Positions 53,991 through 64,000 of a DNA stretch of 64,000 bases are shown here, one piece after another (the first letter of the stretch is position 1; each line of letters starts with the position of its first letter). The position numbers and the translations under genes were made by a program. The DNA comes from Candidatus Marinacidobacterales bacterium (GTDB lineage: Bacteria > Acidobacteriota > Vicinamibacteria > Marinacidobacterales > SMYC01), in NCBI GenBank assembly GCA_965224085.1, contig CBDCYI010000011.1, positions 448,001 to 512,000 on the forward strand. The letters are read 5' to 3'. The notes under the pieces were generated by a model that was not told where the DNA came from, made no database searches, and was given only the letters and a program-made list of their open reading frames with translations.

Positions 53991-54222
53991 ATCCAAGCCA
54001 ATCGGGCAGGTTTTCTTCGCACCACCGTCGATACTCAGCAGTGGTGTCGAAAGCCCTAAAATCGGCGTCGTCCAGAACCGGCTTGTAAGTCTTGATGAAA
54101 GCGTATCGAAACCGCATTTTGAGAGGACGCCGGGCAGCAGCTTCGAACTCTTCGAGCCACTCGCGCGGAATGTCGGCAGCTTTGCGAGCGTTTTCGATGG
54201 GAGAAAGCTCCGGTTTGCTCAT
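53977..54222 (-). CDS. Small partner protein overlapping the nucleotidyltransferase gene
   Basis: 81 aa; KPVLDD..RAF...EYRRWCEENLPDWLGY. Confidence 0.6.
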   Translation of the reverse strand: MSKPELSPIENARKAADIPREWLEEFEAAARRPLKMRFRYAFIKTYKPVLDDADFRAFDTTAEYRRWCEENLPDWLGYGSV

Positions 54223-54261
54223 ACCTGTATTTTACCGCGAGCTGCAGCGATAGGCTCAATC

Positions 54262-54945
54262 TCATACGATGAAGCTCGTCTGGACACACGCCCGACGACT
54301 CAACGCGTCGAGTACTTTTTCGAGCATTCCGACCTGGGCGCCCAGCGCGCGACGTTTCTGAAGCGGCGTCAAGCCCTCTTTCCACGGGAAGGGCGGGACG
54401 TGATCCCGTGGCCAGGCGAACGCGACGACGTAGCCGTGGCTCGCTAGATACTCATTGAGAAGCGCCTGCTTCGTCGGAACGCTGTCTCGGTAACTCCACA
54501 ATACGAGCGGATGGCTCCCTTCGGCGCGATCGGCATCGCGCGCCGCCCACATCGGCGCCTCGATAACAGCGGTGAGCGTCGCCGTCTCAACGCCCGGCGG
54601 CGAGGTCATGTCGTCGCGCAACCATTCCCGAAGCTCCTCCGTGCTCGGCTCGGCATCCTCTTGCGCTCGGTAGTAGTCGCCTAAAACCATTGATGAAACA
54701 GTGCCGCCCCGGCCCGGGCTCGCCACCGGATACCAAAGATACAAATCGACCGCCGAAGGCAGGTCGGCTTCGCCGGTCGCGGCAAGCGGAAACAGCAAGG
54801 TCTCCGTTCGAAAGCCGACGCGGTGGGCGCCCATTTGCAGATGACCCGCGAGATTGACGTCGGGCTGAGACGCGACGGAGGCAGGCGCGCCGGGCCCGCA
54901 GGCGGCAGCCATGAGCGCTCCCCCAAAAAGTAGGTTCCAGTTCAA
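54262..54945 (-). pseudogene. Lipoprotein alpha/beta hydrolase fragment
   Basis: Lipobox AAAC, LWYP, HPLVLWS, EYLASHGYVV; ends before the catalytic Ser. Confidence 0.55.
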
Positions 54946-54987
54946 GGGCGTTCTGCTAGATCGCGTCGTACTCTATTAATATTGATA

Positions 54988-55221
54988 CTACTGACGCCTT
55001 GAGCGCTCGCCGGCGTCCATCGACTGGCCGGTGTGCAGGTGAGTGTCACCCCAGAATACTTCGGTCGGAAAATTGCGGCCGGCGTAAGGAGAGTAGCTGG
55101 TTCGGTCTGGAAACGCGTGCTCGAGGGCTTCCGGCGGCGGAACAGGATCCTGCGCCAACACAATAGCGGTAGAAAGGGCGACGGCGATGACTGCCCCCAT
55201 TCGAAAGCCGAATCTAGTCAC
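54988..55221 (-). pseudogene. DUF3604 protein N-terminal fragment
   Basis: YSPYAGRNFPTEVFWGDTHLHT..SMDAG. Confidence 0.7.
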
Positions 55222-55329
55222 GAATTCACCTCAACTTTTGTGCTGTTTAGGTTTGATCAAACAAACAGTGGCGATTCTGCCTGACAATACTGTATTCGAA
55301 CGGGCAATTCCAACTCTCCGTAGGGAGGA

Positions 55330-55540
55330 GGGACTCTGTCGTATCTCAAAGGCTGCGGTCGCCGTCGTGCCACGAGTTTGCGAGCTGGTCGAAGCGTTTC
55401 AACTGGGTCGCAAGAGAGTACTCGATACGGCGCTCGCGGCCACCATCGACGCGGCCGGTGTCACACGGATCGCAACCTTCAACTCGAGTGACTTCGCCGT
55501 GTTCGCTTTCTTGCAAGTCGAAGACCCGTCCACCGATTGA
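55330..55540 (+). pseudogene. PIN toxin C-terminal fragment
   Basis: LGRKRVLDTALAAT..GVTRIATFNSSDF. Confidence 0.6.
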
Positions 55541-55749
55541 GTCGCTGCCAGTGACTCGACACTTATCAAAACGGGTGAGTCTCCGCCAAGGTTGACGCGT
55601 CGCTGACCACTCGCTTTCGCGCGTAATTTTCGACAACATACCGTGGCTCAGGAGCTTGTGGGACTTAGGCTTCTTGGTACGGCTCTTGCCTTTCTGGGAA
55701 GCGGGAAAGACGAAAGGACCACTGATGGACATGTTCCTTCAAGCTTCAA

Positions 55750-56501
55750 AGTGATGGACCGCGATGTCACCGTCCTTCTCATCGGAGAGACCGGTACCGG
55801 CAAGGAAGCTTTTGCACGTGCGATCCACTTCAACGGCCTGCGGAAGCAAGGCCGGTTCGTGGCGGCCAATTGCGGCGCTCTCACCGAGACACTTCTCGAA
55901 AGCGAGCTCATCGGCCACAAGAAGGGATCGTTTACCGGAGCCATCGAGGACAAGGTGGGCTTGCTGGAAGCCGCGAATGGCGGAACCATCTTCCTCGACG
56001 AGGCGAGCGAAACGAGCCCTGGCTTGCAGGTGAAGCTCCTGCGCGCCCTGCAGGAGGGGGAGGTGACCCGGGTCGGCGAGCTCGAGCCTCGTAATCCTGG
56101 ACGAGTACGCGAAAGCGTTCCGTCAAGACTGCCCCGGCTTTACCGCGGCCTCGATGAAGGCGCTGGCCGCCTACGATTGGCCGGGCAATGTGAGCGAGCT
56201 CGCCAACGAGGTGCAGCGCGCCCTGGTGTTGGCCACCCCGGGTAAGCGGCTCGACCTGACCGAAGTCTCAGAAAATATCACCGGCACGCCGCCGGGGACG
56301 ACGGAGTGGAACAAGCACAGCGCCTTGCGCGACGCCATCGAAGCGGTGGAGCGAGAGCTCATCCAAAGAGCGCACGAGACGTTCCACGGAAACAAAACTC
56401 ACAAGTCGGAGCAGCTCGGAATCAGCCGCTGGACCCTGCTGCAGAAGATGCGCGCCTACGGCATCGACGCCGGAAACGGCGATTCTGCAATGAGTGGCTG
56501 A
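55750..56501 (+). pseudogene. sigma54-dependent enhancer-binding protein, internally deleted
   Basis: [27 protein letters not shown]; YDWPGN and HTH in another frame. Confidence 0.8.
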
Positions 56502-56520
56502 ATCTCTCGTTGTGTCGCGA

Positions 56521-56937
56521 TCATTGTGGCTCGACCACGAAGTGGCGGCGCCCACGGATGCGGTACATCGAGAAGTCTTGGCGATCCGTGGTGAAGACTC
56601 GGTTCGTAGCCAACTCCTCCGCAAGTACGACGAGCGTCGAGTCCGCGAAATCCATCGGGAGATCCTCGTATTTCTCGATGAGCTCTCGTGATCGCCGCAG
56701 CGAAGCGAGTGTCGATGGAACAAGGACAGCGCCGCCCGCAAGAAAAAAGTCGATACAGGTTTTTCGGCCGCTCGGGATGCGTCCCAGTAGATGGGTCGCT
56801 TCCGTCAACACGGCTTCACTCGCGACCACGGGTCCGGTCCAGCTATCAAAAAAACGAACGAAGTCCGAGTGTTGCTTTTGGCTCCTGTCGAGTAGAGACA
56901 CGAGCGCGCCAGTATCCAGGAGGAGCTCACCGGCCAT
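56521..56937 (-). CDS. vapC: PIN-domain toxin
   Basis: LLDTGAL, VLTEA, PMDFADSTLV, FTTDRQDF. Confidence 0.9.
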   Translation of the reverse strand: MAGELLLDTGALVSLLDRSQKQHSDFVRFFDSWTGPVVASEAVLTEATHLLGRIPSGRKTCIDFFLAGGAVLVPSTLASLRRSRELIEKYEDLPMDFADSTLVVLAEELATNRVFTTDRQDFSMYRIRGRRHFVVEPQ

Positions 56938-57181
56938 TCTTGAGTGACTCGAGAATGTAGCTGCGGTGTTGCTCGGCTAGATCGGGGACACCGGACTCTA
57001 GCGATCCGAGCAAGCCTCGGACACGATCGGCTGAACGTCGTCCCGAGCGGTTGGGCAACCTCAAGAACTCTTGAAGAGCCATCCGCACGATCTCGGATTG
57101 CTTCATGTTCATTTTTGCTGACGCTCTGTCCAAAGATTGCTTCAAGTCGACAGGAAGCCGAACCGTGACTTGTGAGGCCAT
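56927..57181 (-). CDS. RHH antitoxin
   Basis: TVRLP..L..SEIVRMAL, GSLESGVPDLA; TGCA-rich palindromes directly upstream. Confidence 0.8.
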   Translation of the reverse strand: MASQVTVRLPVDLKQSLDRASAKMNMKQSEIVRMALQEFLRLPNRSGRRSADRVRGLLGSLESGVPDLAEQHRSYILESLKNGR

Positions 57182-57381
57182 TGCAATGCATTATACTGCA
57201 CGTGCAATGCACTGAGCAAGTTCGATTCTCCCTAGCTCGCTCGATGCCAAATCAGGTGGCTGAAAAGCTTGGTCATCCTCGCTTCGAAAGCGAACGAGCG
57301 AAGAATAGTGCACTTTTCCGGTTGGATTCCATCGGGGCTCGGTGCTACGCTTTTTGTCGAGGAGGCTACGAGACAGAAACG

Positions 57382-59271
57382 ATGGGTTTGGCACCCAAGA
57401 CGCGACTTGGCGTTTTCGAAGTTGTTTCTCCTCTTGGTTCGGGAGGCATGGGGGAGGTGTACCTCGCACGCGACACGGAGCTCAAACGTGAAGTCGCCAT
57501 CAAAGCCCTTCCCGAAGAAGTTGCCGGTGATCCCGATAGAGTCGCGCGGTTCCAGCGTGAGGCGCGCGTACTCGCCTCGATGAACCATCCGAATATCGGA
57601 GCCATCTTCGGAATCGAGCGCCGCGACGAACGTCTCTTTCTCGTCCTCGAGCTCGTTCGGGGAGACACATTGGCCGAACGCTTCGACGCGGGAGCGCTAA
57701 CGCTCCGAGAGGTTCTAACAATCTTCAAGCAGATCGCGAACGCGCTCGAGGCCGCGCACGCGAAAGAAATCGTCCATCGGGATCTCAAACCGGATAACGT
57801 CAAGATCACACCCGAGGGGCTCGTCAAAGTGCTCGACTTCGGTCTTGCCAAGCCTTTTGTAGAAGAGCGGTCCGATGGTGGGTCCAAGACGAAAACGGCA
57901 CCCTCGCACGTGACGAATGCAGGACATGTTCTCGGGACACCTGCTTACATGAGCCCAGAGCAGACGCGAGGGGAAGCGCTCGACAAGCGCACGGACATTT
58001 GGTCGTTCGGATGCTGTTTGTACGAAGCGCTCACCGGCCGGCGTCCCTTCAAGGGGAACAGCATCTCCGAGACGCTGGCAGCTGTCCTGACAGAGCAGCC
58101 CGATTTCGGCGCGCTTCCAAGAGTCGTTCCGAGAAGTATCCGCCATCTGCTGCGTCGCTGCCTCGAAAAGGATGTGCAGCGACGACTCCACGATATCAGC
58201 GACGCCCGCCTCGAGGTCGACGCGATGCTCGAGCGTGACGATCTGAAGCCCGGTCGGATCGGGGAGCCGTCGCTTCTGATTCAGAAACTTCACCGCGATC
58301 CGCTGACGGGAGCTGCCTTCTGCGACGTTTCCGAAGACGGCACACTCGTATATGTGCCGCGCGCCGAGGATATGTCGGGCGAAGTCTCGGGTCAGCTGCT
58401 GCACGTCGACCGCGACGGGAGCTACCGCGTCGCCTTGCCGACTCCGAGAAGCTACCAGGTTCCTCGCGTCTCACCAACGGATCAGCGCCTGATGTTCACG
58501 CTCACGGTGGGCGAAAAGACAGATGTGTACATAACCGAGCTCGCGCGCGGCACGCTGGGCCGCGTTACGTTCGAAGGCAATAACGGCGCAGCGATATGGT
58601 CCCCAGATGGGCGAGCCGTTTTCAGCTCGGATCGCGACGGCGAGGCGTTGAATCTCTATTCGAAGGCGGTCGACGGATCGGAACCGGTGAAGCGACTCAC
58701 CGTCAGCGCCAGCCATCATTTTCCGAGCTCATGGTCTCCGGACGGGACGGTGCTGGCTTACACCGAATTGAATCTCGAGACTTCCCTCGATATCTGGCTC
58801 TTCTCGTCGGTGAGTCAACGCATGGAACCGTGGCTTCACACTGCGTTCAACGAGAGCGCAGCTGCTTTCTCGCCGAACGGCAAGTGGCTTGCCTATGTCT
58901 CGGACGAGACCGGCGAGGATGAGGTCTACGTCAGTGCCTTTCCCGGCCCCGGGGGCAAGACGACCATCTCGAGCGGCGGAGGACGCGAGCCCCAATGGAG
59001 CCCTGACGGCTCCGAGCTTTACTACCGGGAAAAGGAGTGGCTCATGGCGGTCAGCGTTGCGACGGTTCAGGATTTCGATGCCGGAGCGCCCCGACGGTTG
59101 TTCGAGGCACCCTTCGATGAGGCCGGAGCGCCCTACGCCAACTACGATGTTGCTCGCGAGAGCGACGGCTTCATCATGGTCCGAAGTGACGAAGAACGCT
59201 CCGCGTCACGCCTCGTCGTCGTGCTCAACTGGTTCAAGGAGCTGAGGCGCTTGGCGCCGACCGAACCCTGA
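57382..59271 (+). CDS. Ser/Thr protein kinase with TolB/PD40 repeats (middle appears shortened)
   Basis: LGSGGMGEVY, VAIK, HRDLKP, DFG, GTPAYMSPEQ; WSPDG repeats; NWFKELRRLAP; no TM segment visible between the domains. Confidence 0.88.
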   Translation: MGLAPKTRLGVFEVVSPLGSGGMGEVYLARDTELKREVAIKALPEEVAGDPDRVARFQREARVLASMNHPNIGAIFGIERRDERLFLVLELVRGDTLAERFDAGALTLREVLTIFKQIANALEAAHAKEIVHRDLKPDNVKITPEGLVKVLDFGLAKPFVEERSDGGSKTKTAPSHVTNAGHVLGTPAYMSPEQTRGEALDKRTDIWSFGCCLYEALTGRRPFKGNSISETLAAVLTEQPDFGALPRVVPRSIRHLLRRCLEKDVQRRLHDISDARLEVDAMLERDDLKPGRIGEPSLLIQKLHRDPLTGAAFCDVSEDGTLVYVPRAEDMSGEVSGQLLHVDRDGSYRVALPTPRSYQVPRVSPTDQRLMFTLTVGEKTDVYITELARGTLGRVTFEGNNGAAIWSPDGRAVFSSDRDGEALNLYSKAVDGSEPVKRLTVSASHHFPSSWSPDGTVLAYTELNLETSLDIWLFSSVSQRMEPWLHTAFNESAAAFSPNGKWLAYVSDETGEDEVYVSAFPGPGGKTTISSGGGREPQWSPDGSELYYREKEWLMAVSVATVQDFDAGAPRRLFEAPFDEAGAPYANYDVARESDGFIMVRSDEERSASRLVVVLNWFKELRRLAPTEP

Positions 59272-59281
59272 CAAAGCTCTC

Positions 59282-60760
59282 TCAGCGGATGTTCTCTCGA
59301 CGTCGGACTCTCTCGAACATGACCTCGAGCTCTTCTTGATCGATGTATCCGTCGTCGTTTCTGTCCATCCGCTCGAAGCGTTGTCGGATGCGTTCGGGAA
59401 GCTCGTCTCGGCTGAGGCGACCGTCGCCATCTTCGTCGCGCTCCAGGAACCGCTGCATGCGCATTCCGCTCGCCATCCCTTCGAGCTCATCCTCGTCGAT
59501 GAATCCGTCGCCGTTCGCATCGAGCCTCCCGAAAATCCTCCCCATCCGCTCGGGGACCTCATCCCGGCTGATGCGGCCGTCCCCGTTCACGTCCAGGTCA
59601 CGAAGTCGCCCTGCCATGCCGCCCCCGCCCCGTCCCGGAAAGGTTCCCGTGCGTCTTCCGCCGTCCGGGTCTCGTTCCAGAGAAATCCGGAATTGCTGAG
59701 TGACGGGAACGCAAAAGGTCTCGGCATCGTCGCAAGCAAAGTAGCGAATCGTCGCTTGGAGCGGAGTCTCCGATTGCCAAGCGTCGACGTCGATAAGAAA
59801 TTCACGTGGATCGCTGTCTGCTTCGACGTCGACTTTGGGACCGGTGCCGGAAAGGGGTGATGCCGCTCCTTTTGGAAGCTTCAGCTCGAAATGCAATGGA
59901 TCGACGAGGTTGTTCCAGTGCACGCCGTAGATCGGATCGAGCCGGAAACCGAGATAGAGTTTTCCAGCCCCCCGGCGCAGAAGATCTCGATCGGCTTCAG
60001 CGCGCAACTTCACATAGAACGGGACTTTGTCCTCGGTCGAGACCGGTTCCACCACGAGGGGCTGCATTCCCCGGGGGAGCTCGATCGACGGCACAACTCC
60101 CTTCGCCGCCTGCTCCCGCGGCGGGGGAATTTCCAGATCCAGGTCAGCGATCCGAGTCGGATTCTCGACCGGTCCCACCAGCCTGTCCAAGTCCTCGCGT
60201 AGTCCTTCTGGGTCGCTCCACATGCGTTTGTTCGCAAGCCTTCCGTCCGGATCGATGATGAACTCGGCGTTCGAGGCATCCCCCAATGCGTGCTTGAGGT
60301 CGTTCGACATCGTGTCGCTAATCCACGGGATCCGGGACCCCAGCGTTCGTTTCGCCTCTTGAACCTGCATGAGGCGCTCTTCGAGTGTATAGGGCGTCAC
60401 GTAGCCATGGAGCCCGGGATGGGCGAGGGCTTTGTAGATGTAGTAGAACTTCACGCCCTTCGGTGCGTAGTCTTCGTAAACCGTCTCCAGACCGGGGACG
60501 TTTCTCTCGAACGGAGGTCACGTGAGGCAGCCGAAGACGAGAACCGAATAACTTCCCTTCAAGCTCGCGAGCTCGAGCGCGCCGCCGTCCTCGTCGTAGG
60601 CCGAGAGTGCGGGCATGGGATCGCCGATGGCGGGAGGCGCCGCCTCGAACCGCTCTCTTCTCGACTGCATGAAGTCATTTTCGAGAGCGGCGGGCTGAGC
60701 GAAAGCGAGCGTTGAGGCTCCCAAATAGAGGGCCACAATGAAACCGTTTGAGCGAAGCAT
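59282..60760 (-). CDS. Secreted deiodinase-like/redoxin selenoprotein (CLTU) with C-terminal EF-hands
   Basis: 80-aa ORF ending FGCLT-TGA continues in frame (PPF..VYEDY..FYYIYKALAHP) into the 390-aa ORF; several DxNGDG EF-hands; RBS GGAGG. Confidence 0.85.
60478..60503 (-). promoter_or_regulatory. Putative bacterial SECIS hairpin
   Basis: AAAC-GTC-C-CC-GGTCT-GG-A-GAC-G-GTTT starting 14 nt after the UGA; GGUCU loop as in E. coli fdhF SECIS. Confidence 0.7.
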
Positions 60761-61093
60761 GTGCCAACCTCCTTGCTATGCGCTTGATAGGGATCGTAGC
60801 GCGTTGAGAAGTCTGAGTCATTAGGCTTTCGAAAAATAGTGTAAGAAATGTAAAGGCTCAGACGCGTCGAAACTGTCGCTCAATGGGTCACTTCCGTCCA
60901 TCGGGGGAGCGTGCAAGCCGACGTCCCCGCGCGGTTGTTACTTTCCGTAGCACCCTCTGTGGAAAACATGTGAAAATCTTGTCTCGCGTGGGACAAGAAC
61001 AAGTGCCACCCTTTTGTTTGTGGGGAGTGGGGGAGGCAGGGCTCGGCCAGGAACTCGAGGCTTGCAGGCCGCCGTTCAGAAGGCGCCTTTCCC

Positions 61094-61120
61094 TGTCTAT
61101 ATGGGGGGTTCCCGTACGTC
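61094..61120 (+). promoter_or_regulatory. ECF-type promoter TGTC-N19-CGTC
   Basis: Upstream of the DGPF/YciI gene; same motif and spacing at 61566-61592. Confidence 0.55.
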
Positions 61121-61157
61121 CTGAAGATGGGTAGGTTTGAGAGAGAGGAGGCAACAA

Positions 61158-61544
61158 ATGGCCCTTTATCTGCTGTTGTTTCGGGGCGGGGACCCACAAG
61201 AAGCCGGGCTCGCGCCGGATCAGATGTCGGCCTATATGGATCGCTGGGATGCGTGGTCCGACGGCCTCAAAGAAACGGGCCGCTGGCAAGCGGGCCAACC
61301 GCTCGAAAACGAAGGACGCGTCGTGGAGTCGAACGGGGTCGTCTCGGACGGCCCGTTCGCGGAGACCAAGGAGCTGATCGGCGGGTTCGTTATGGTCGAC
61401 GTCGAAGGCATGGAAGAAGCGGTCGACGCAGCCAAGGACTGTCCCCTGGGTGAAGTCGGAGGCCGCGTCGAGATCCGGCCGGTGAGCGTCGGCGGGCGCT
61501 GTTCGGTCGATTGGATGAGCCGCAACGCGCACCTCACAAATTGA
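61158..61544 (+). CDS. YciI/DGPF family protein
   Basis: DGPFAETKELIGGF, VEIRP; RBS GAGGAGG. Confidence 0.88.
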   Translation: MALYLLLFRGGDPQEAGLAPDQMSAYMDRWDAWSDGLKETGRWQAGQPLENEGRVVESNGVVSDGPFAETKELIGGFVMVDVEGMEEAVDAAKDCPLGEVGGRVEIRPVSVGGRCSVDWMSRNAHLTN

Positions 61545-61565
61545 GCCAGCGGGAATTTGCACGCT

Positions 61566-61592
61566 TGTCCAAAGTGCCGCCCGCCGTTCGTC
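61566..61592 (+). promoter_or_regulatory. ECF-type promoter TGTC-N19-CGTC
   Basis: Second copy, upstream of the VOC gene. Confidence 0.55.
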
Positions 61593-61615
61593 CTAATATC
61601 AAAGGAGTCAAGAAA

Positions 61616-61975
61616 ATGTCCAATGCGTTCGTACATGTCGAGCTTCATACTGGAGACGCCGGCGGGGCCAAGAAATTCTACGGCGAGCTTTTCTCGTGGA
61701 AGATGGAAGACGTTCCGATGGGTGATTTCGATTACACCATGGTCCAAGTCGGAGAGGGAACGGGTGGCGGCATCCTTCAAAAATCCGCGGCCGACGCGCC
61801 CTCGCACTGGCTGTCCTACATCCAAGTCGACGACGTGAAGAGCTCTACGGCGAAGGCCGAAGGGCTTGGCGGCCAAGTCGTCCAGGGCGTTACGGAAGTT
61901 CCCGATATGGGCTCTTTCAGTGTCATCGCGGATCCCGACGGCGCTCGGTTCGGCCTCTGGCAACCGAAGTCCTAG
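61616..61975 (+). CDS. VOC family protein
   Basis: FVHVEL, AKKFYGELF, WLSYIQVDDV, IADPDGARFGLW. Confidence 0.88.
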   Translation: MSNAFVHVELHTGDAGGAKKFYGELFSWKMEDVPMGDFDYTMVQVGEGTGGGILQKSAADAPSHWLSYIQVDDVKSSTAKAEGLGGQVVQGVTEVPDMGSFSVIADPDGARFGLWQPKS

Positions 61976-62011
61976 CGGTCAAAGACGCATCGTCACGATA
62001 CACTCTCGACG

Positions 62012-62725
62012 ATGTGTCGAGCCGCTGTCGTCTTCAGCCTGACTTGGACGCTTGCTGCGTGCGGCGGTATCACCCTCCAGGACATCGTCACGCCGCGACC
62101 CGTCCCGGAGGAAGCCTGTCTCGTCGTCGGCTTTCTCGGCGGGCGGGACCACTGGGACGATGCTGATAAGGGTGTACGCACGCTCGCCCTCAAACTCAGG
62201 AACCCCGAACGCCGCGTCTTCGCCGAGACGTTCGAGAATCAGCGCCGGGATGTTGCGGAGAGCTTCGTCGTTGCCGCATCACCGGCGCGGCTCGTCATCT
62301 ACGGACAGAGCTTCGGCGGTGCGGCTGTGCTCAAATTCGCGCGCACGCTCGAGGCGCACGGAGTTCCGATTCTTCTGACCATCCAGATCGATAGCGTTGG
62401 AAGAGGTGACGCGGCGGTCCCGCGCAACGTGGCCTACGCGGCCAACCTCTACCAAAACGACGGCTGGTTCATCCGCGGCGAGCAACCGATCCGCGCCGTG
62501 GATCCCGAAGCGACCACGATCCTGGGTAACTGGCGCTACCGCTACAACGAGGCGCCAGGTTCCGAGATTTCGCTCGAAGGTGTGCCTTTTTGGAAGCGCC
62601 AGTTTCGCATTCCTCACGCGAGGATGGATCGCGACGCCTCTGTTTGGTCCACGGTAGAGAGGCTCATCCGCGCCGCTTGCGGCCGCGAGAACCTGCGACG
62701 CCTTGCGGAGGCGCTGGGCTCATGA
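62012..62725 (+). CDS. Lipoprotein, alpha/beta hydrolase-like
   Basis: Lipobox LAAC, GQSFG nucleophile elbow. Confidence 0.6.
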   Translation: MCRAAVVFSLTWTLAACGGITLQDIVTPRPVPEEACLVVGFLGGRDHWDDADKGVRTLALKLRNPERRVFAETFENQRRDVAESFVVAASPARLVIYGQSFGGAAVLKFARTLEAHGVPILLTIQIDSVGRGDAAVPRNVAYAANLYQNDGWFIRGEQPIRAVDPEATTILGNWRYRYNEAPGSEISLEGVPFWKRQFRIPHARMDRDASVWSTVERLIRAACGRENLRRLAEALGS

Positions 62726-63399
62726 GGCGCGTGTGGCTTTGGTGGAGCAGCGGGAAAGACAGCGCGTTCACGCTCCACGTGCTGCGCCAGCGAGACGATG
62801 TCGAGGTCACGGCGCTCGTCACGACGGTGAACGAGCACTTCGATCGGGTCGCCATGCATGCCGTCCGCCGCGAGCTCCTCGAAGACCAGGCGCGTGCAGC
62901 CGGGCTCGAGCTCCGCGTCGTCTCCATCCCGCATCCTTGCTCGAACGCGGAGTACGAGGCCGCTTTCCACCGCTCGGTGGACGATGCGATGCGCGAAGGT
63001 GTCGAGCTCATGGCGTTCGGAGATATTTTTCTGGAAGACGTGCGGAGCTACCGAGAAAACTTGTTTCGCATAACGGATATCGAGCCTCTTTTTCCGCTTT
63101 GGGGCCGCGATACCCGCGCCTTGTCGCGCGAGATGATTGCGTCTGGTCTACGTGCGAAGGTAACGTGTCTCGATCCCAAAGTCCTTCCAAGAGAGCTTGT
63201 GGGGCGCGAGCTCGATGCATCGTTTCTAGCGGAGCTTCCGCGTGGCGTCGACCCGTGCGGTGAGAGAGGCGAGTTTCACACGTTCGCGTGGGCCGGGCCG
63301 TGTTTCTCGGACCCGGTGGCCTGCACCGTTGGCGAGATCGTCGAGCGTGACGGCTTCGTCTTCGCGGACCTTTTGCGGCGCCTCGACGCCCGGCGATAA
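62722..63399 (+). CDS. PP-loop ATPase (diphthine-ammonia ligase/MJ0570-like)
   Basis: WSSGKDS, FGDIFLEDVR, FPLWG, DPCGERGEFHT. Confidence 0.88.
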   Translation: MRRVWLWWSSGKDSAFTLHVLRQRDDVEVTALVTTVNEHFDRVAMHAVRRELLEDQARAAGLELRVVSIPHPCSNAEYEAAFHRSVDDAMREGVELMAFGDIFLEDVRSYRENLFRITDIEPLFPLWGRDTRALSREMIASGLRAKVTCLDPKVLPRELVGRELDASFLAELPRGVDPCGERGEFHTFAWAGPCFSDPVACTVGEIVERDGFVFADLLRRLDARR

Positions 63400-63407
63400 A
63401 CTGCATC

Positions 63408-64000
63408 GTGCGTATTTGCTCGCTCCTTCCTTCCGGCACCGAAATCGTCGCCGCGCTCGGTCTCGTCGACACGCTCGTGGGCGTCACCTACGAATGCGAT
63501 TTCCCTCCGGCGGTTAAGGAGAAGCCTATCGTCGTGAACACGCGGCTTCCGGCAGCGGCCGACCCCGGCGAGATCGACAAGCTCGTGCGCGAGTATCTCT
63601 CGCGAGGCGAGAGTCTCTACAAAGTCGAGAGCGACGTGCTTCGCAAAGGCGAGCCGGACTTGGTTGTGACACAGGAGCTTTGCAATGTGTGTGCGGCGAC
63701 ACCGGGTGATCTCGCGTCGGCGCTTCGTGGGCTCGCAGTGCAGCCTCGCGTGCTCTCGCTACACCCGCATCGCATCGAAGAAGTGTGGAACGACATCCTC
63801 GCGGTGGGGGAGGCGACCGAGCGCCAGGACGCGGCCAGTGAGGTCGTCGACGGGCTTTGCGCCAGGATCGAAGCCGTCGGAGCGTTGGTCTCCAAAGCGG
63901 GCGCGCACCCGCGCGTTGTTTGTCTCGAGTGGACCGACCCGCCCATGGTGGCGGGCCATTGGGTGCCCGAAATGGTGGCACTTGCCGGCGGCGTCGATGT
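63408..64000 (+). CDS. Cobalamin/iron ABC substrate-binding protein (BtuF-like), runs off window
   Basis: Manual translation MRICSLLPSGTEIVAALG..GVTYECDFP..TQELCNVCA..LEWTDP..GHWVPEMV. Confidence 0.8.
   Translation, partial: MRICSLLPSGTEIVAALGLVDTLVGVTYECDFPPAVKEKPIVVNTRLPAAADPGEIDKLVREYLSRGESLYKVESDVLRKGEPDLVVTQELCNVCAATPGDLASALRGLAVQPRVLSLHPHRIEEVWNDILAVGEATERQDAASEVVDGLCARIEAVGALVSKAGAHPRVVCLEWTDPPMVAGHWVPEMVALAGGVD

Overview
GC-rich bacterial DNA; gene content (Ser/Thr kinase-TolB genes, tandem DUF507 pair, LPS inner-core genes) suggests Acidobacteriota (inference). The window opens with an intact lipid A/heptose operon and has a short core block (hsp20, DUF507 pair, tRNA-Asp). Most of the rest is accessory DNA with many frameshifted or internally deleted genes, at least four intact type II toxin-antitoxin pairs and a tyrosine-recombinase/IS91-type element. 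Main findings: (1) a group II intron whose EBS1 matches the terminal inverted repeat of an IS256-family element, present 6 bp inside the tip sequence at both ends of an IS256 remnant (36177-39617), with an in-frame transposase-RT fusion between them; (2) two in-frame UGA codons with downstream SECIS-like hairpins, predicting a Sec-containing cysteine synthase-rhodanese fusion and a secreted deiodinase-like CxxU/EF-hand protein; (3) a collapsed cluster of atypical tRNA genes beside the intron/IS. All calls come from reading the sequence; no database searches were run.
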